Source: a virus. Taken from it: a stretch of 64,000 nucleotides of DNA. The notes beneath the pieces were generated by a model, which did not search any database, was not told the DNA's origin, and was given only the letters and a program-made list of their open reading frames with translations. Of the stretch, positions 17,431 to 27,483 are shown one piece after another. The stretch covers positions 2,242 through 66,241 of the IMG/VR virus record IMGVR_UViG_3300037471_000630. The stretch is one strand, 5' to 3'. Made by a program: the position numbers and the translations under genes. The first letter of the stretch is position 1. The number at the start of each line of letters is the position of its first letter.

Positions 17431-20400
17431 CGCGGGCGATCTCCAGCACCCTCAAGGCGCACTATGCCTTGGGGACGACGTGGATCCATCAGTGTTGGCG
17501 CGCAACGCTGCGCGACGGAACGGTCATCGCCTCCACCACGTACGGCCGCGACCTCGAGATCGACGGCGTGACCTACGTGAGCTCGGCCGGCTACAACCCC
17601 TCGGACATCGAGAGCGCGTCGGACCTGAGCTACGACAACATGGAGGTCGACGGGTATCTCGCCTCGCCCCTGATCACGCTGGATGACGTGCACTCCGGCC
17701 GGTGGGACTACGCCGAGATCGTCCTGTTCGAGGTCAACGCCACGGACCTCACGCAGGGGATCAACGTCCTGCGCAGCGGCACGCTCGGCCAGGTCAAGGC
17801 CGGCCGGTCGATCTTCACCGCGGAACTGCGCGGCCTGACCCAGAAGTACGCCCGGCGCATCGTGATGCTCACGACCCAGGAGTGCAACGCGGACCTGGGT
17901 GACGACCGCTGCAAGATCGACCTGGCGGGCTGGACCGTCTACGGCTCCGTCGACAGCGTCACCGACAACCGGGTTATCTTCGATGCCACACGCGTCGAGG
18001 CGGCGGACTGGTTCACTGGCGGGCTTATCACGTGGCTCACCGGGGCCAACGCCGGCCAGTCGATGGAGGTCAAGCAGTCCTGGCCTGGAATCCTGGAGCT
18101 GCACGAGGCGATGCCGTTCCGGGTGAATGCGCTGAACAGCGACCCTGGCAAGACGGAGCCGCCGGCGCTGCCGGACACCTACACCCTGTACGCCGGCTGC
18201 CAGAAGCGCTTCTACCAGGACTGCATCGGCAAGTTCAACAACGGGCTGAACTTCCGCGGCTTCCCGCATCTGCCGGGCGTCGGGGTGTTCGGTGGGCCGG
18301 GCACGGTGATGACGCCGGCCACGGTGCCGGGTTCGCAGATGAACTCGCCGCCGCCTCCGCCGGTGCCGCCGCCGCCGCCCGGGCCGGTCCCGGCGCCTGG
18401 GCCTTCCACGCCGTCTCCTGGTGCCATTTCCGGCACCGTCCCAGCGCCGATCGGCTCGCTCAGCCTGGCCAGCTACGGCGGCGTGGGCGACGGATCCACC
18501 GACAACCTCACTGCTCTGAACACCGCCATCGCGGCGGCGCTGGCGGCCGGCGTGCCCCTGTTCATTCCTGCTGGCCAGTACAACCACAGCGGTGTCATCG
18601 AGCTTGACGGCGTCGTCCTGACCGGCGCCGGCGCGACGTCGATCCTGTACGCGACCGACTACACCCACTCGGCCATCTTCATGCGGGGGGACGGGCCGGA
18701 GGTCAAGAACCTGACGCTCACCGGCGCCGTTTCCCCGTCACGCCTTGCCGCTTGGGAGGCCACCCGGATCACGGTCATGGGCGCGACTAACTGGGTCATC
18801 CACAACAACGTGATCACGCACGCCGGCGCGGCCAGCATCCAGACCGCGCTGTCGAATGGCAATACCGGGACGCAGGCCAGCAACGGAACGATCACCAGCA
18901 ACACCATCCAGGACTCGCTGTCTGACTCGATCCACCTCACCGGCGATGCCCACGGCATCCTGGTGGAGAGCAACCTGATCGAGCGCAGCGGCGACGACGG
19001 CATCGCGTGCGTGGCCTACACCCACGACGCCGGGCGCGTGAACAACATCACCGCGCGCAACAACCTCGTGCGCAACAACGTGTACGGGCGCGGGATGAGC
19101 GTGGTTGGTGGGAGCGACGTGCTGTACGAGAACAACGTGATCACGAACAGCGGCGCCTATGCGGGGCTGTACATCGCCCAGGAGACCGTCGGTGGCATTA
19201 ACGACACCAAGGCGTCCTTGCGCGTCGTCGCGCAGTTCAACCAGCTGACGAACTGCGGCGACGCCGCTACCACCGGGCACGCGGCCGTGATGGTTTACAG
19301 CGACGGCGACGAGGCCAACGACAGCATCACCGTCTCGCGCAGCGTGATCACCCAGAGCGGCAGCCAGACGGGCATACGCTTCTACGGCCCGCAGACCAAC
19401 ATCCTGTTCGACCGCAACCAGATCATCGGCGCGGCGACCGACTACGTGGGCGACACGTCCGACCCGGACATCACCATCATCGAGTACGTCGCGGCGCCGC
19501 CTCCGCCGGCTCCTGCACCTCCGCCGCCGGCTACCGGCGGCTGGGGCAGCGACTCCATCGTCCTGATCAGCGGCGCCAACGAGGAATGGCTGCAGGTCGG
19601 CAACCTGCCGAACGTGGCTTGGGTGGCGGATAACCCGTGGGGCTCCGCAGGCCTCACGCGCGGCACCTACACCGGCCTGAGCGGCTACACCTTTGAGTCG
19701 GCCTTCGGGCGTGGCGATGCGCCCTACGGCCCGAACGGTGAGGTGTCGGCGCGCTTCGCATGGAAGTGGCCCAACACCACCTCGGCGCAGCACGAGGTCA
19801 AGGCATTCCCCGCGCTGCTGACAGGAAAGAAGCCTGGCTACTACAGCAACACGAACCTCGTTGACGGCAAGCCGATCATCCTGCCAGACGGCTCGACCTC
19901 GCAGACCGCACCGTCGGGTGCCACACCAGGCACGTTCCTGGCAATGCAGGCCAACGGCTTCCTGCCGCCGGTCAACTGCTCGTTCGACTGGCACCACAAC
20001 GTGGCGCCGAGCGGGCAGGGCCATGTGACGTTCGACATCTGGCTGACGGCGCAGTCCAACCAGTTGAGCGGATTCCCCGGCGGGCTGACGCACGAGATCA
20101 TGATCCCGGTCGACTATTGGGGGAACTACGGCGCGGCGAACACGTCGCCGAACGGGCGCAATCCGGCCGACTACAGCCACGACGTGACGCTCGAGGGGGT
20201 CGTCTGGGCGGTCTACTACCACACGCACTTCGGCTGGAACTTCATCGCCTTCGAGCCGCGCAATGGGCCGCTGGCGAACGGATCGCCGCGCACGTTCAAC
20301 CTTTCCGCGTTCCTCAACCATGTCCGCTCGCGCGGCTGGTCGAACGGCACAGAGTGGTTTGCCAGCACCGAGCTGGGGGTCGAGCCGGTCGAGGGCGTGG

Positions 20401-20441
20401 GTGACGTCTCGATCACCGACTACAGGGTGTGGCGGCCATGA
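17427..20441 (+). CDS. Baseplate hub DUF2163 (GTA gp13-like) fused to beta-helix and GH12-like glycosidase domains
   Basis: The N-terminal ~290 aa have C.A.LGD.RC and GC.K....C..KF.N..NFRGFPHLPG. Then a Pro linker, YGGVGDG.TDN beta-helix, a second Pro linker, and FDIWL/HEIMIP/GVEP. Confidence 0.85.
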   Translation: MTRAISSTLKAHYALGTTWIHQCWRATLRDGTVIASTTYGRDLEIDGVTYVSSAGYNPSDIESASDLSYDNMEVDGYLASPLITLDDVHSGRWDYAEIVLFEVNATDLTQGINVLRSGTLGQVKAGRSIFTAELRGLTQKYARRIVMLTTQECNADLGDDRCKIDLAGWTVYGSVDSVTDNRVIFDATRVEAADWFTGGLITWLTGANAGQSMEVKQSWPGILELHEAMPFRVNALNSDPGKTEPPALPDTYTLYAGCQKRFYQDCIGKFNNGLNFRGFPHLPGVGVFGGPGTVMTPATVPGSQMNSPPPPPVPPPPPGPVPAPGPSTPSPGAISGTVPAPIGSLSLASYGGVGDGSTDNLTALNTAIAAALAAGVPLFIPAGQYNHSGVIELDGVVLTGAGATSILYATDYTHSAIFMRGDGPEVKNLTLTGAVSPSRLAAWEATRITVMGATNWVIHNNVITHAGAASIQTALSNGNTGTQASNGTITSNTIQDSLSDSIHLTGDAHGILVESNLIERSGDDGIACVAYTHDAGRVNNITARNNLVRNNVYGRGMSVVGGSDVLYENNVITNSGAYAGLYIAQETVGGINDTKASLRVVAQFNQLTNCGDAATTGHAAVMVYSDGDEANDSITVSRSVITQSGSQTGIRFYGPQTNILFDRNQIIGAATDYVGDTSDPDITIIEYVAAPPPPAPAPPPPATGGWGSDSIVLISGANEEWLQVGNLPNVAWVADNPWGSAGLTRGTYTGLSGYTFESAFGRGDAPYGPNGEVSARFAWKWPNTTSAQHEVKAFPALLTGKKPGYYSNTNLVDGKPIILPDGSTSQTAPSGATPGTFLAMQANGFLPPVNCSFDWHHNVAPSGQGHVTFDIWLTAQSNQLSGFPGGLTHEIMIPVDYWGNYGAANTSPNGRNPADYSHDVTLEGVVWAVYYHTHFGWNFIAFEPRNGPLANGSPRTFNLSAFLNHVRSRGWSNGTEWFASTELGVEPVEGVGDVSITDYRVWRP

Positions 20442-20875
20442 AACGAGCAGAGATCCTCTCCGCCGCGCGCGAGTTGATCGGCACGCGCTACGCGCACCAG
20501 GGGCGCGTTGCCGGCCTGGCGGCCGACTGCGCGTTCGTGCCGATCCACGCGGCCCACAGCATCGGCATGGACGTGCAGCACCTGTTCATCGCGCGCTACG
20601 GCCGCCATCCGGTGCCAGCCGAGATGCGCGCGGCGCTGGATGACCACCTCGATCGCATCCTCGTGGCGCAGATGCAGCCAGGCGACGTCGTCTGGATGCG
20701 CTTCGACGGCGAGCCGCAACACCTGGGAGTGGTGGGCGACTACGTCCACGGCGGGCTGTCGCTGATCCACGCCTACAACGGCGCCGGCGTGAACAAGGTC
20801 GTCGAGCACCGGCTCGACGAGAACTGGCGTCGTCGAATCGTTGCTGCCTGGCAGTTCCGTGGAGTTGAAGCATGA
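20438..20875 (+). CDS. NlpC/P60 tail-associated peptidase (GTA gp14-like)
   Basis: GT.Y.HQGR..G..DC, PGDV, HLG and IHAY motifs. Confidence 0.88.
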   Translation: MKRAEILSAARELIGTRYAHQGRVAGLAADCAFVPIHAAHSIGMDVQHLFIARYGRHPVPAEMRAALDDHLDRILVAQMQPGDVVWMRFDGEPQHLGVVGDYVHGGLSLIHAYNGAGVNKVVEHRLDENWRRRIVAAWQFRGVEA

Positions 20876-23265
20876 CCGCTGGGCTCACGGGTGGGGTGGT
20901 TGGCGCCACCATTGGCTTCGTCGTCGGTGGCCCTGCCGGCGCACAGTGGGGGTGGGTGGCCGGCAGTGTCGCAGGCGGCATGTTCGGCCCTCATCAGAGC
21001 GGCCCCGCACTGACTGACCTGCGTCCGCAGGCTTCCGAGTACGGGAGGCCGATCCCGATTATTTACTCGGTCAACGCCGTGGGCGGCAACGTCATCGAAG
21101 GCTTTGATCTGATCAAGACCAGCGACGGCGATGGTGGCGGCAAGGGCGGAGGCGGCAGTCCAACTGGCGCTACCTACGCGCTCAACATCGCCATTCTGAT
21201 CTGCGAGTCTCCGGACGGCGTTATGGGCCTCGGGCGCATTTGGGCCGGCCCGGAAAAACGACTGATCTACGACCCGACCACGCAGCAACTGGAGAGCGGC
21301 ACGCTGCGCTACTACGACGGGTCCGAAGATCAGATGCCTGACCCTCTCATCGAGTCGTACCGTGGGGTCGGCTTCGCTCCTGCATACCGCGGCTATGCCT
21401 ACATCGTGATAGAGGGATTCGACGTTTCAGCTCACGATGGCAACCGCCCCCCGTTTCTCACCATCGAGGTCGGCCGCAAAGCCCAAGTGACGCCCGAGAC
21501 GCTGGGGCAGGTGTTCTTCAACCAGGTGCTGATCGGCTCGACGACCTTCGTCTCCTCCTTCCACGGCTCCTACTACGGGGCCTTGCAGCACTCCAAGGCG
21601 GACATGAGCTTCATGCACCGCCGGGACATCCTGAACAGCGAGTTCTCGCAGGGGCTTTACCTCGTGTGGAACGACGCGGCCGACACTCTGGTGCGCGGCT
21701 ACGCTGGTCCGACCTCTGATTGGTACTCAACCACCGTCATGGGCACCGGCGCGTACGGCTATCACACCCCGTTCACCGTGCCAGCCGGCGATACCCTCGC
21801 CGGCGCCTGCATGGCGCAAGGCTGGTACTGCTTCGCCTTCAAAATGGCATCCGGCGGGGTCAAGTTCCGCTTCGTCAACCCGTCCAACCACACCGAGGTG
21901 CTGGGCACCGCCATGGAGTTTGATCTCTCCTCGGGAGAGCAGATCAAGAGCATCTACAGCACCGATCCGAATGCGACATGGGTCTACGGAGTCACCGACT
22001 CCAAGGTGCGCAAGTACGACTTCACGCTGACCGGCCTGGTCTTCAGCTCGCAGGATCTCGGCGTTCCTGCGCGCAATACCGGGGGCACCAGCGCTGCGGT
22101 GGACCCTTACACCGGTAAGCTGTGGACCGCATGGCGCGACAGCGCGTCCGGCAACCCGATCCGGTGGTCTGTGCATGACCAGACCGGGCTGATCTACACC
22201 GGCGATCTGAACCCTGGCACTTTCTACGACATGTGTCGGCAGCCGCTCACCTTCGCGCCGGACTACGTCTACATCTGCGGGCAGCGCTGGCTCGCCGTCG
22301 ACCACTTCATCAGGCTCGACCAGGACACCGGCGTGCTGGTGGGCGCTCCGTTCGACGGCGTCTACCACGGCGTCAACGATCTGCATGCGGTGGTCTACGA
22401 CGACGCCAATACTGGCTTCGTCGGCTACCGCGAGGGCGGCCTCTACGCGATCACCACCGACGGCTCAAACCCTGCGAGCCTGCCCTACAACTCCGGCTAC
22501 CTGGGAGGACAGGACTCCTCGCTGCAGTACATGAACCTGGCCGAGGTTGTCACTGACCTGTCCCTGCGCGCCGGCCTGACCGAGGACCAGATCGACGTCA
22601 CCGAGCTGACCGACCAGGTCGACGGCTACACGCTCGCCAACCAGGTGACGGTGCAGGACGCGATCAAGGCGCTAATGCCGGCCTACTACTTCGACGCGGT
22701 GGAGGACCAGGGGAAGATCAGGTTCATCAAGCGCGGCGGCGACATCGCGGTGGAGATCCCGGACGACGATCTCGGCGCGCACGGCTCCGGCGAGGAATCG
22801 CCCGGCCACTACGACACCAACCGGGATGACGACGAGCATCTGCCGCGCACGTTCAGCGTGAATTACGTGCTGGCGGCCACGAAGTATTCCCCGGCCACGA
22901 AGTACGCGCGCCGGCTGGTGGGCAACAGCGGCGACGAGGCGCGGCTCGAGATGCCCATGGTCTTCACCGACCAGAAGGCAGCCGAGATCGCAGCTGTCAA
23001 CCTGCACGACCAGTGGATCGGCCGCGTCACCTACCGGCTGCAGCTGGGCCGCAAGTACGCCTACCTGATGCCCACCGACCTCGTGGGCGTGCAGGGCTAC
23101 ACCATGCGCCTGACCAAGCAGACGCAGAAGGACAACGGAGTTCAGGTGTTCGAGGCGGTGCGCGATGACAGCGACACCTACATCCCGAACGTGATCGTCG
23201 AGGAGACGCCGCCGCCGGACGAGACGGTGGATACCCCGTCGCTCACCCTGCTGGAGCTCATGTGA
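20872..23265 (+). CDS. Tail tip / host-specificity protein (GTA gp15-like), N-terminal and central part
   Basis: YG.PIP..Y, RIWA, Y.G.EDQ.PDP.I, PAYRG.AY.V and GNR.P motifs, followed by a phage-tail_3-type region. Confidence 0.85.
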   Translation: MTAGLTGGVVGATIGFVVGGPAGAQWGWVAGSVAGGMFGPHQSGPALTDLRPQASEYGRPIPIIYSVNAVGGNVIEGFDLIKTSDGDGGGKGGGGSPTGATYALNIAILICESPDGVMGLGRIWAGPEKRLIYDPTTQQLESGTLRYYDGSEDQMPDPLIESYRGVGFAPAYRGYAYIVIEGFDVSAHDGNRPPFLTIEVGRKAQVTPETLGQVFFNQVLIGSTTFVSSFHGSYYGALQHSKADMSFMHRRDILNSEFSQGLYLVWNDAADTLVRGYAGPTSDWYSTTVMGTGAYGYHTPFTVPAGDTLAGACMAQGWYCFAFKMASGGVKFRFVNPSNHTEVLGTAMEFDLSSGEQIKSIYSTDPNATWVYGVTDSKVRKYDFTLTGLVFSSQDLGVPARNTGGTSAAVDPYTGKLWTAWRDSASGNPIRWSVHDQTGLIYTGDLNPGTFYDMCRQPLTFAPDYVYICGQRWLAVDHFIRLDQDTGVLVGAPFDGVYHGVNDLHAVVYDDANTGFVGYREGGLYAITTDGSNPASLPYNSGYLGGQDSSLQYMNLAEVVTDLSLRAGLTEDQIDVTELTDQVDGYTLANQVTVQDAIKALMPAYYFDAVEDQGKIRFIKRGGDIAVEIPDDDLGAHGSGEESPGHYDTNRDDDEHLPRTFSVNYVLAATKYSPATKYARRLVGNSGDEARLEMPMVFTDQKAAEIAAVNLHDQWIGRVTYRLQLGRKYAYLMPTDLVGVQGYTMRLTKQTQKDNGVQVFEAVRDDSDTYIPNVIVEETPPPDETVDTPSLTLLELM

Positions 23266-24182
23266 ACATCAACATGCTGCGGGATGCGGACAACGATCCC
23301 GGGTTCTACGCTGCGGCGTGCGCCGCCGATCCGACCGCGACGAACTGGACTGGCTGCGGGGTCTACGCCTCGGTGGACGGTGGCGCCACCTACGCACTGG
23401 CGTTCACGGTCAACAGCGGCGAGACGACCATGGGCGTCACCACCGATGTCCTCGCCGATCACCAGGGAAACGGTACCGACTTCCTCAGCCACGTGAACGT
23501 ACGGCTGTCGCACGGTTCGCTTTCCTCGACCACCAATGCGGGGATGCGGGCTGGCGTGTACATGGCGGTGATCGGGAAAGAGATCATCTTCTACCGCGAC
23601 GCCACGCTGGAGGACGACGGAAGTTATACCCTACGCACGTTCCTGCGCGGCAGGCGCGGCTCCCGCTATGCCAAGTCGCAGCACGTGGCCGGCGAGCGGT
23701 TCGTGTTGGTCGATATGACCAAGATGGTCCGGGTTACGCAGAGCACTGCGGACATCGGCGTCGCCAAGAGCTACAAGGCCGTGACCAACGGCATGACGCT
23801 GGCCAGCGCCACAGCCCAGGAGTTCACGAACGAGGGGACCGGGCTGAAGCCGTACGCGCCCGCGCGCCTTGGTGGAGGCAGAGATGCATCGAACAACGCC
23901 ACCCTCAAGTGGAGGAACTGCGGGCGAATGAGCAATGAATGGCGTAGCGGGGTAGAGGTTCCGCTTGGTGAGACCAGCGAAGCCTACGAGGTCGAGATCT
24001 TCAACAGCAGCGCGCGCAGCACCGTTGTCCGAACCATCACAGGCCTGTCCTCGCCGACGGCCAGCTACAGCGCCGTGCAGCAGACGAGCGACGGCCTGAC
24101 GCCCGGCAACCCCATCTACTTCCGCGTTTACCAACTGTCCGCAGTGGTGGGCAGAGGAATTTCTGCCGACGGCTCGATCTGA
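23262..24182 (+). CDS. Tail tip protein, C-terminal part (split from the upstream gene)
   Basis: LRGRRG, H..GERFV, PLGE.SEAYEVEI and VYQLSA.VGRG motifs, which end GTA gp15-like proteins. Confidence 0.8.
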   Translation: MNINMLRDADNDPGFYAAACAADPTATNWTGCGVYASVDGGATYALAFTVNSGETTMGVTTDVLADHQGNGTDFLSHVNVRLSHGSLSSTTNAGMRAGVYMAVIGKEIIFYRDATLEDDGSYTLRTFLRGRRGSRYAKSQHVAGERFVLVDMTKMVRVTQSTADIGVAKSYKAVTNGMTLASATAQEFTNEGTGLKPYAPARLGGGRDASNNATLKWRNCGRMSNEWRSGVEVPLGETSEAYEVEIFNSSARSTVVRTITGLSSPTASYSAVQQTSDGLTPGNPIYFRVYQLSAVVGRGISADGSI

Positions 24183-24202
24183 GCTGACCTCCGCATCAAC
24201 GC

Positions 24203-24226
24203 AAGCCGCCTTCGGGCGGCTTTTTC
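24203..24226 (+). terminator. Rho-independent terminator
   Basis: AAGCCGCC-TTCG-GGCGGCTTTTT. Confidence 0.85.
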
Positions 24227-24241
24227 ATTTCAGGGAGCCAC

Positions 24242-25759
24242 ATGGCCGACTCGACTTCCAACCTGCCGCAAATGGAAACCGGGCAGCTCGCCAAAGAGGA
24301 GCTGTTCAACGACATGATGAGCGCGGCATCGCCAGCAACGATCTTCGGCATCAACCCGGACGCCACTGCGTCCCTGACGCTGGGATACCTTGGCGGCAAG
24401 TACCGCAAGGCCGACGGCACGATCAGCACCATCGCCAACGGCACGGTCAGCCTCACCGCCTCGGCGACAAACTACATCAAGGAGACGGATGGCACCGTCA
24501 GCGTGACGACGTCGGCGCCTTCCGGCTGGCCGTCCCCCCTGACCGGCGGCGCGAAGGCGCTCTACGCCGTGGTGTGCGACGGATCCGGGCCCACCAGCTA
24601 CACGGACTACCGCACGACGGGGATCGGCAGCGGCAACGGATCCGGCACCGTCACCAGCGTCGGCCTGACCGTTCCCTCTGTCTTTTCCGTCGCCGGCTCG
24701 CCGGTGACTGGCTCTGGCACGCTCGCCATCACCTACAGCGGCACGGCGCTGCCGGTGGCAAACGGCGGCACCGGAGCGACCAGCGCCTCGGCTGCGCGCA
24801 CTGCTCTGGGAGTCGCTATCGGTTCCGATGTGCAGGCCTACGACGCGGAGCTGGCGGCCCTGGCCGGCCTGACTTCGGCTGCGAACAAGATCCCGTACTT
24901 CACCGGCAGCGGCACTGCTGGTCTGCTGACGCTGGACACCGACACCACCCTGGCGGCCAACAGCGATTCAACGCTGGCGACCCAGAAGGCGACGAAGGCC
25001 TACGTCGACGGCATCGTCACCGGCGGCGCCGTCGACGTCATGGTCTTCAAGGGTGTGATCGACTGCTCGGCGAACCCGAACTACCCGGCAGCCGACGCCG
25101 GCCACCTGTACAAGGTCAGCGTTGCCGGCAAGATCGGCGGCGGCTCGGGCACGGACGTGAACATCGGCGACACGCTCTACTGCATCACCGACGGCACCGC
25201 TGCCGGCACGCAGGCGGCGGTCGGCGCGAACTGGAACATCGCCAACGAGAACGTCACCGCGGCCACGCACGGCGCCCTGATCAACAGCGCCACGAGCAAG
25301 ACGACGCCGGTGGATGCCGACCAGCTGGGCCTGATGGACAGCGCGGCGTCGAACGTGATGAAGAAGCTGAGCTGGGCAAACCTCAAGACGGCCCTGGCTT
25401 CGGTGCTCGCCTCGCTGTCGACAGTCAACGTGTTCACGAAGAACCAGAGCGTCCAGACCGTGGCGCTCACCGACGGCGCGACGATCAGCGTCGACGCCTC
25501 GCTATCGAACAACTTCAGCGTGACCCTAGGCGGCAACCGCACGCTGGCCAACCCGACGAACCTGACGAGCGGGATGGTGCTGAACTTCTTCATCGACCAG
25601 GACGCCACCGGCAGCCGCACGCTGTCGTTCGGCAGCGCCTACAAGTTCCCTGGCGGCGCCGCTCCTGCGCTCTCCACCGCGGCCAACGCGAAGGATCTGC
25701 TGTCCTGCATCTACGACGGCTCCGTCCTGCGCTGCAACCTGCTCAAGGCGTTCGGCTGA
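24242..25759 (+). CDS. Tail fibre protein
   Basis: Thr/Gly/Ala-rich; [16 protein letters not shown] and [10 protein letters not shown] fibre motifs. Confidence 0.85.
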   Translation: MADSTSNLPQMETGQLAKEELFNDMMSAASPATIFGINPDATASLTLGYLGGKYRKADGTISTIANGTVSLTASATNYIKETDGTVSVTTSAPSGWPSPLTGGAKALYAVVCDGSGPTSYTDYRTTGIGSGNGSGTVTSVGLTVPSVFSVAGSPVTGSGTLAITYSGTALPVANGGTGATSASAARTALGVAIGSDVQAYDAELAALAGLTSAANKIPYFTGSGTAGLLTLDTDTTLAANSDSTLATQKATKAYVDGIVTGGAVDVMVFKGVIDCSANPNYPAADAGHLYKVSVAGKIGGGSGTDVNIGDTLYCITDGTAAGTQAAVGANWNIANENVTAATHGALINSATSKTTPVDADQLGLMDSAASNVMKKLSWANLKTALASVLASLSTVNVFTKNQSVQTVALTDGATISVDASLSNNFSVTLGGNRTLANPTNLTSGMVLNFFIDQDATGSRTLSFGSAYKFPGGAAPALSTAANAKDLLSCIYDGSVLRCNLLKAFG

Positions 25760-27483
25760 TGTTCACCTGCGGCCCGGCTCTGCTCGCGTCCGGCACGGTG
25801 TACGCGCCGACCGACAACCCCTACTACGTCGAGGTGACGATCCCCTCGGGGAAAGTCGCGTCCAACCTCACCGACTTTCCCGTGATGATCGACATGGCGA
25901 ACCTGCCGTCGTCGTTCTGGTCGCACGTGACCACCAGCGGCAGTGAGATCCGCGTCAAGAGCGCCGGCGGCGCATCCAGCCTGCCTTTCGACGTGGCGCG
26001 CTTCGACAAGGGCACCAGCACCGGCTGGATGTTCGTCAAGGTGCCCACGGTGGCCGCGGCCTCCAGCACCGTCATCCGGATCTACTACGGCGCCTCGGCG
26101 CTGGCGGCGCTGGCAGTCACGGACACCTACGGGCGCAATGCAGTGTGGACCGACTACCACCGCATGACGGTGTTCTCGCAGCCCGGCGTTGACCGCTCCG
26201 GGCATGGCGTCGGCGCGTACACGGTGCTGGAGCCAGGGCATCGCGTGACGGCCGCAGCGCTTCACTCGTTCACTCTCGCCACGGGGAATGAGCTGCAGGG
26301 CGTCGACTTCGACGGCACCTACTACTACATCGTCACCACGAAGGATCTCTACAAGTACGACACCTCGTGGAACTTGATCGCGAGCAATGCGAACTCGTAC
26401 CTGAACGTCTCTGGCGCCAACCACCAGGGCGATCTGGTGAAGGTCGGCTCGCTGCTGTACGTGCCGACGGACAACTGGACCGGATCCAGCGGCTCCGGGG
26501 ATCGCATCGCGGTCTACAACGCCTCGGACCTCTCTTACGTCACGCAGTACGACATCTCCACCACGCCCGGGCGTGCGATCGCTGGCCTTGCCTACAACTC
26601 GGCCGACGGCTATCTCTGGGGATGCGACTTCACGAACGGCGCTTCGCTCCCGCGCTTCACAACTTCTGGCGTCTACGTTGATGCCGTGACCCTGTCGACC
26701 TCGGTCGACCAGATGCAGGGCATCACCTTCTACAACGGGTACTGCTACGCATCCGACAACGTCGGCAAGATCTGGGAGATCGGAACCGACGGCACCGTGC
26801 GGCGCATCTGCCTGTCGCCATCCTCGACCGTGGGGGAGGGCATCTGTGTCAATGGCAGCACCCTCGTCGTCGGGCGCGGTGGCACGTCGAACTCTCTGCA
26901 GACGGCCACGTTCGACAGCGCACCGGCTGGGGCCATCACGGACTGGATGAACCTCAGCGGCACCAGTGGCGGGCACGCGCGCTTCATGGGCATCTCGAAG
27001 TTCACGCAGTGGTCGGTGGGCGCGCACGTGAGCCTGGCAGCGAAGTCGGTCAACCGAGGCCTGATCTCCTACTACGACCAGACGGGGTCGATCAACACGA
27101 CGCGTGCCACGCTCGGCTACCACCTGGCCACCGACCGTTTCGGGCTTTGGAACAGCACCGACTCGTGGGTCGACAACACCTCGAGCCCGAGCCTGGACAC
27201 GATCTACCGGCTCAACGCGACGCACGACGGCACGACGGCGCGCAAGCTCTACGTCAACGGGACTGCCTTCACCGACAACACAGTGGCCCAGCGCCCCTCG
27301 GGGACGGGGGATGCGCTGTACGTCGGTGCGTCGGATGGCGCTGGAACGGAGGCGAGCTCCGCCCGGTTCAACTTCGCCTACATCCGCTCGGGCATCCTCT
27401 CGGCCGACTGGATCGCGGCCGAGGCGAGCAACTGGGTGACGCCCTCAGGCTTCTACAGCGTGGGCGCCGAACAGGCGGCGTGA
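25759..27483 (+). CDS. Receptor-binding/accessory tail protein (DUF2341-like, beta-propeller-like insert, LamG/ConA-like)
   Basis: LTDFPV.I, VKVP and I.IYYG motifs, repeated QG..FDG blades, LYVNG...S.DWI.AE C-terminus. TGATG coupling to the fibre gene. Confidence 0.72.
   Translation: MFTCGPALLASGTVYAPTDNPYYVEVTIPSGKVASNLTDFPVMIDMANLPSSFWSHVTTSGSEIRVKSAGGASSLPFDVARFDKGTSTGWMFVKVPTVAAASSTVIRIYYGASALAALAVTDTYGRNAVWTDYHRMTVFSQPGVDRSGHGVGAYTVLEPGHRVTAAALHSFTLATGNELQGVDFDGTYYYIVTTKDLYKYDTSWNLIASNANSYLNVSGANHQGDLVKVGSLLYVPTDNWTGSSGSGDRIAVYNASDLSYVTQYDISTTPGRAIAGLAYNSADGYLWGCDFTNGASLPRFTTSGVYVDAVTLSTSVDQMQGITFYNGYCYASDNVGKIWEIGTDGTVRRICLSPSSTVGEGICVNGSTLVVGRGGTSNSLQTATFDSAPAGAITDWMNLSGTSGGHARFMGISKFTQWSVGAHVSLAAKSVNRGLISYYDQTGSINTTRATLGYHLATDRFGLWNSTDSWVDNTSSPSLDTIYRLNATHDGTTARKLYVNGTAFTDNTVAQRPSGTGDALYVGASDGAGTEASSARFNFAYIRSGILSADWIAAEASNWVTPSGFYSVGAEQAA

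Noticed and set aside
24574-25758. Apparent 969-aa ORF 24574-27483
   Set aside because: The first ~395 codons are an Arg-rich alternative frame of the tail fibre; the real gene starts at the TGATG junction at 25759.
24242-27483. Diversity-generating retroelement or invertible tail-fibre cassette
   Set aside because: No reverse transcriptase, template/variable repeat pair or invertase seen.
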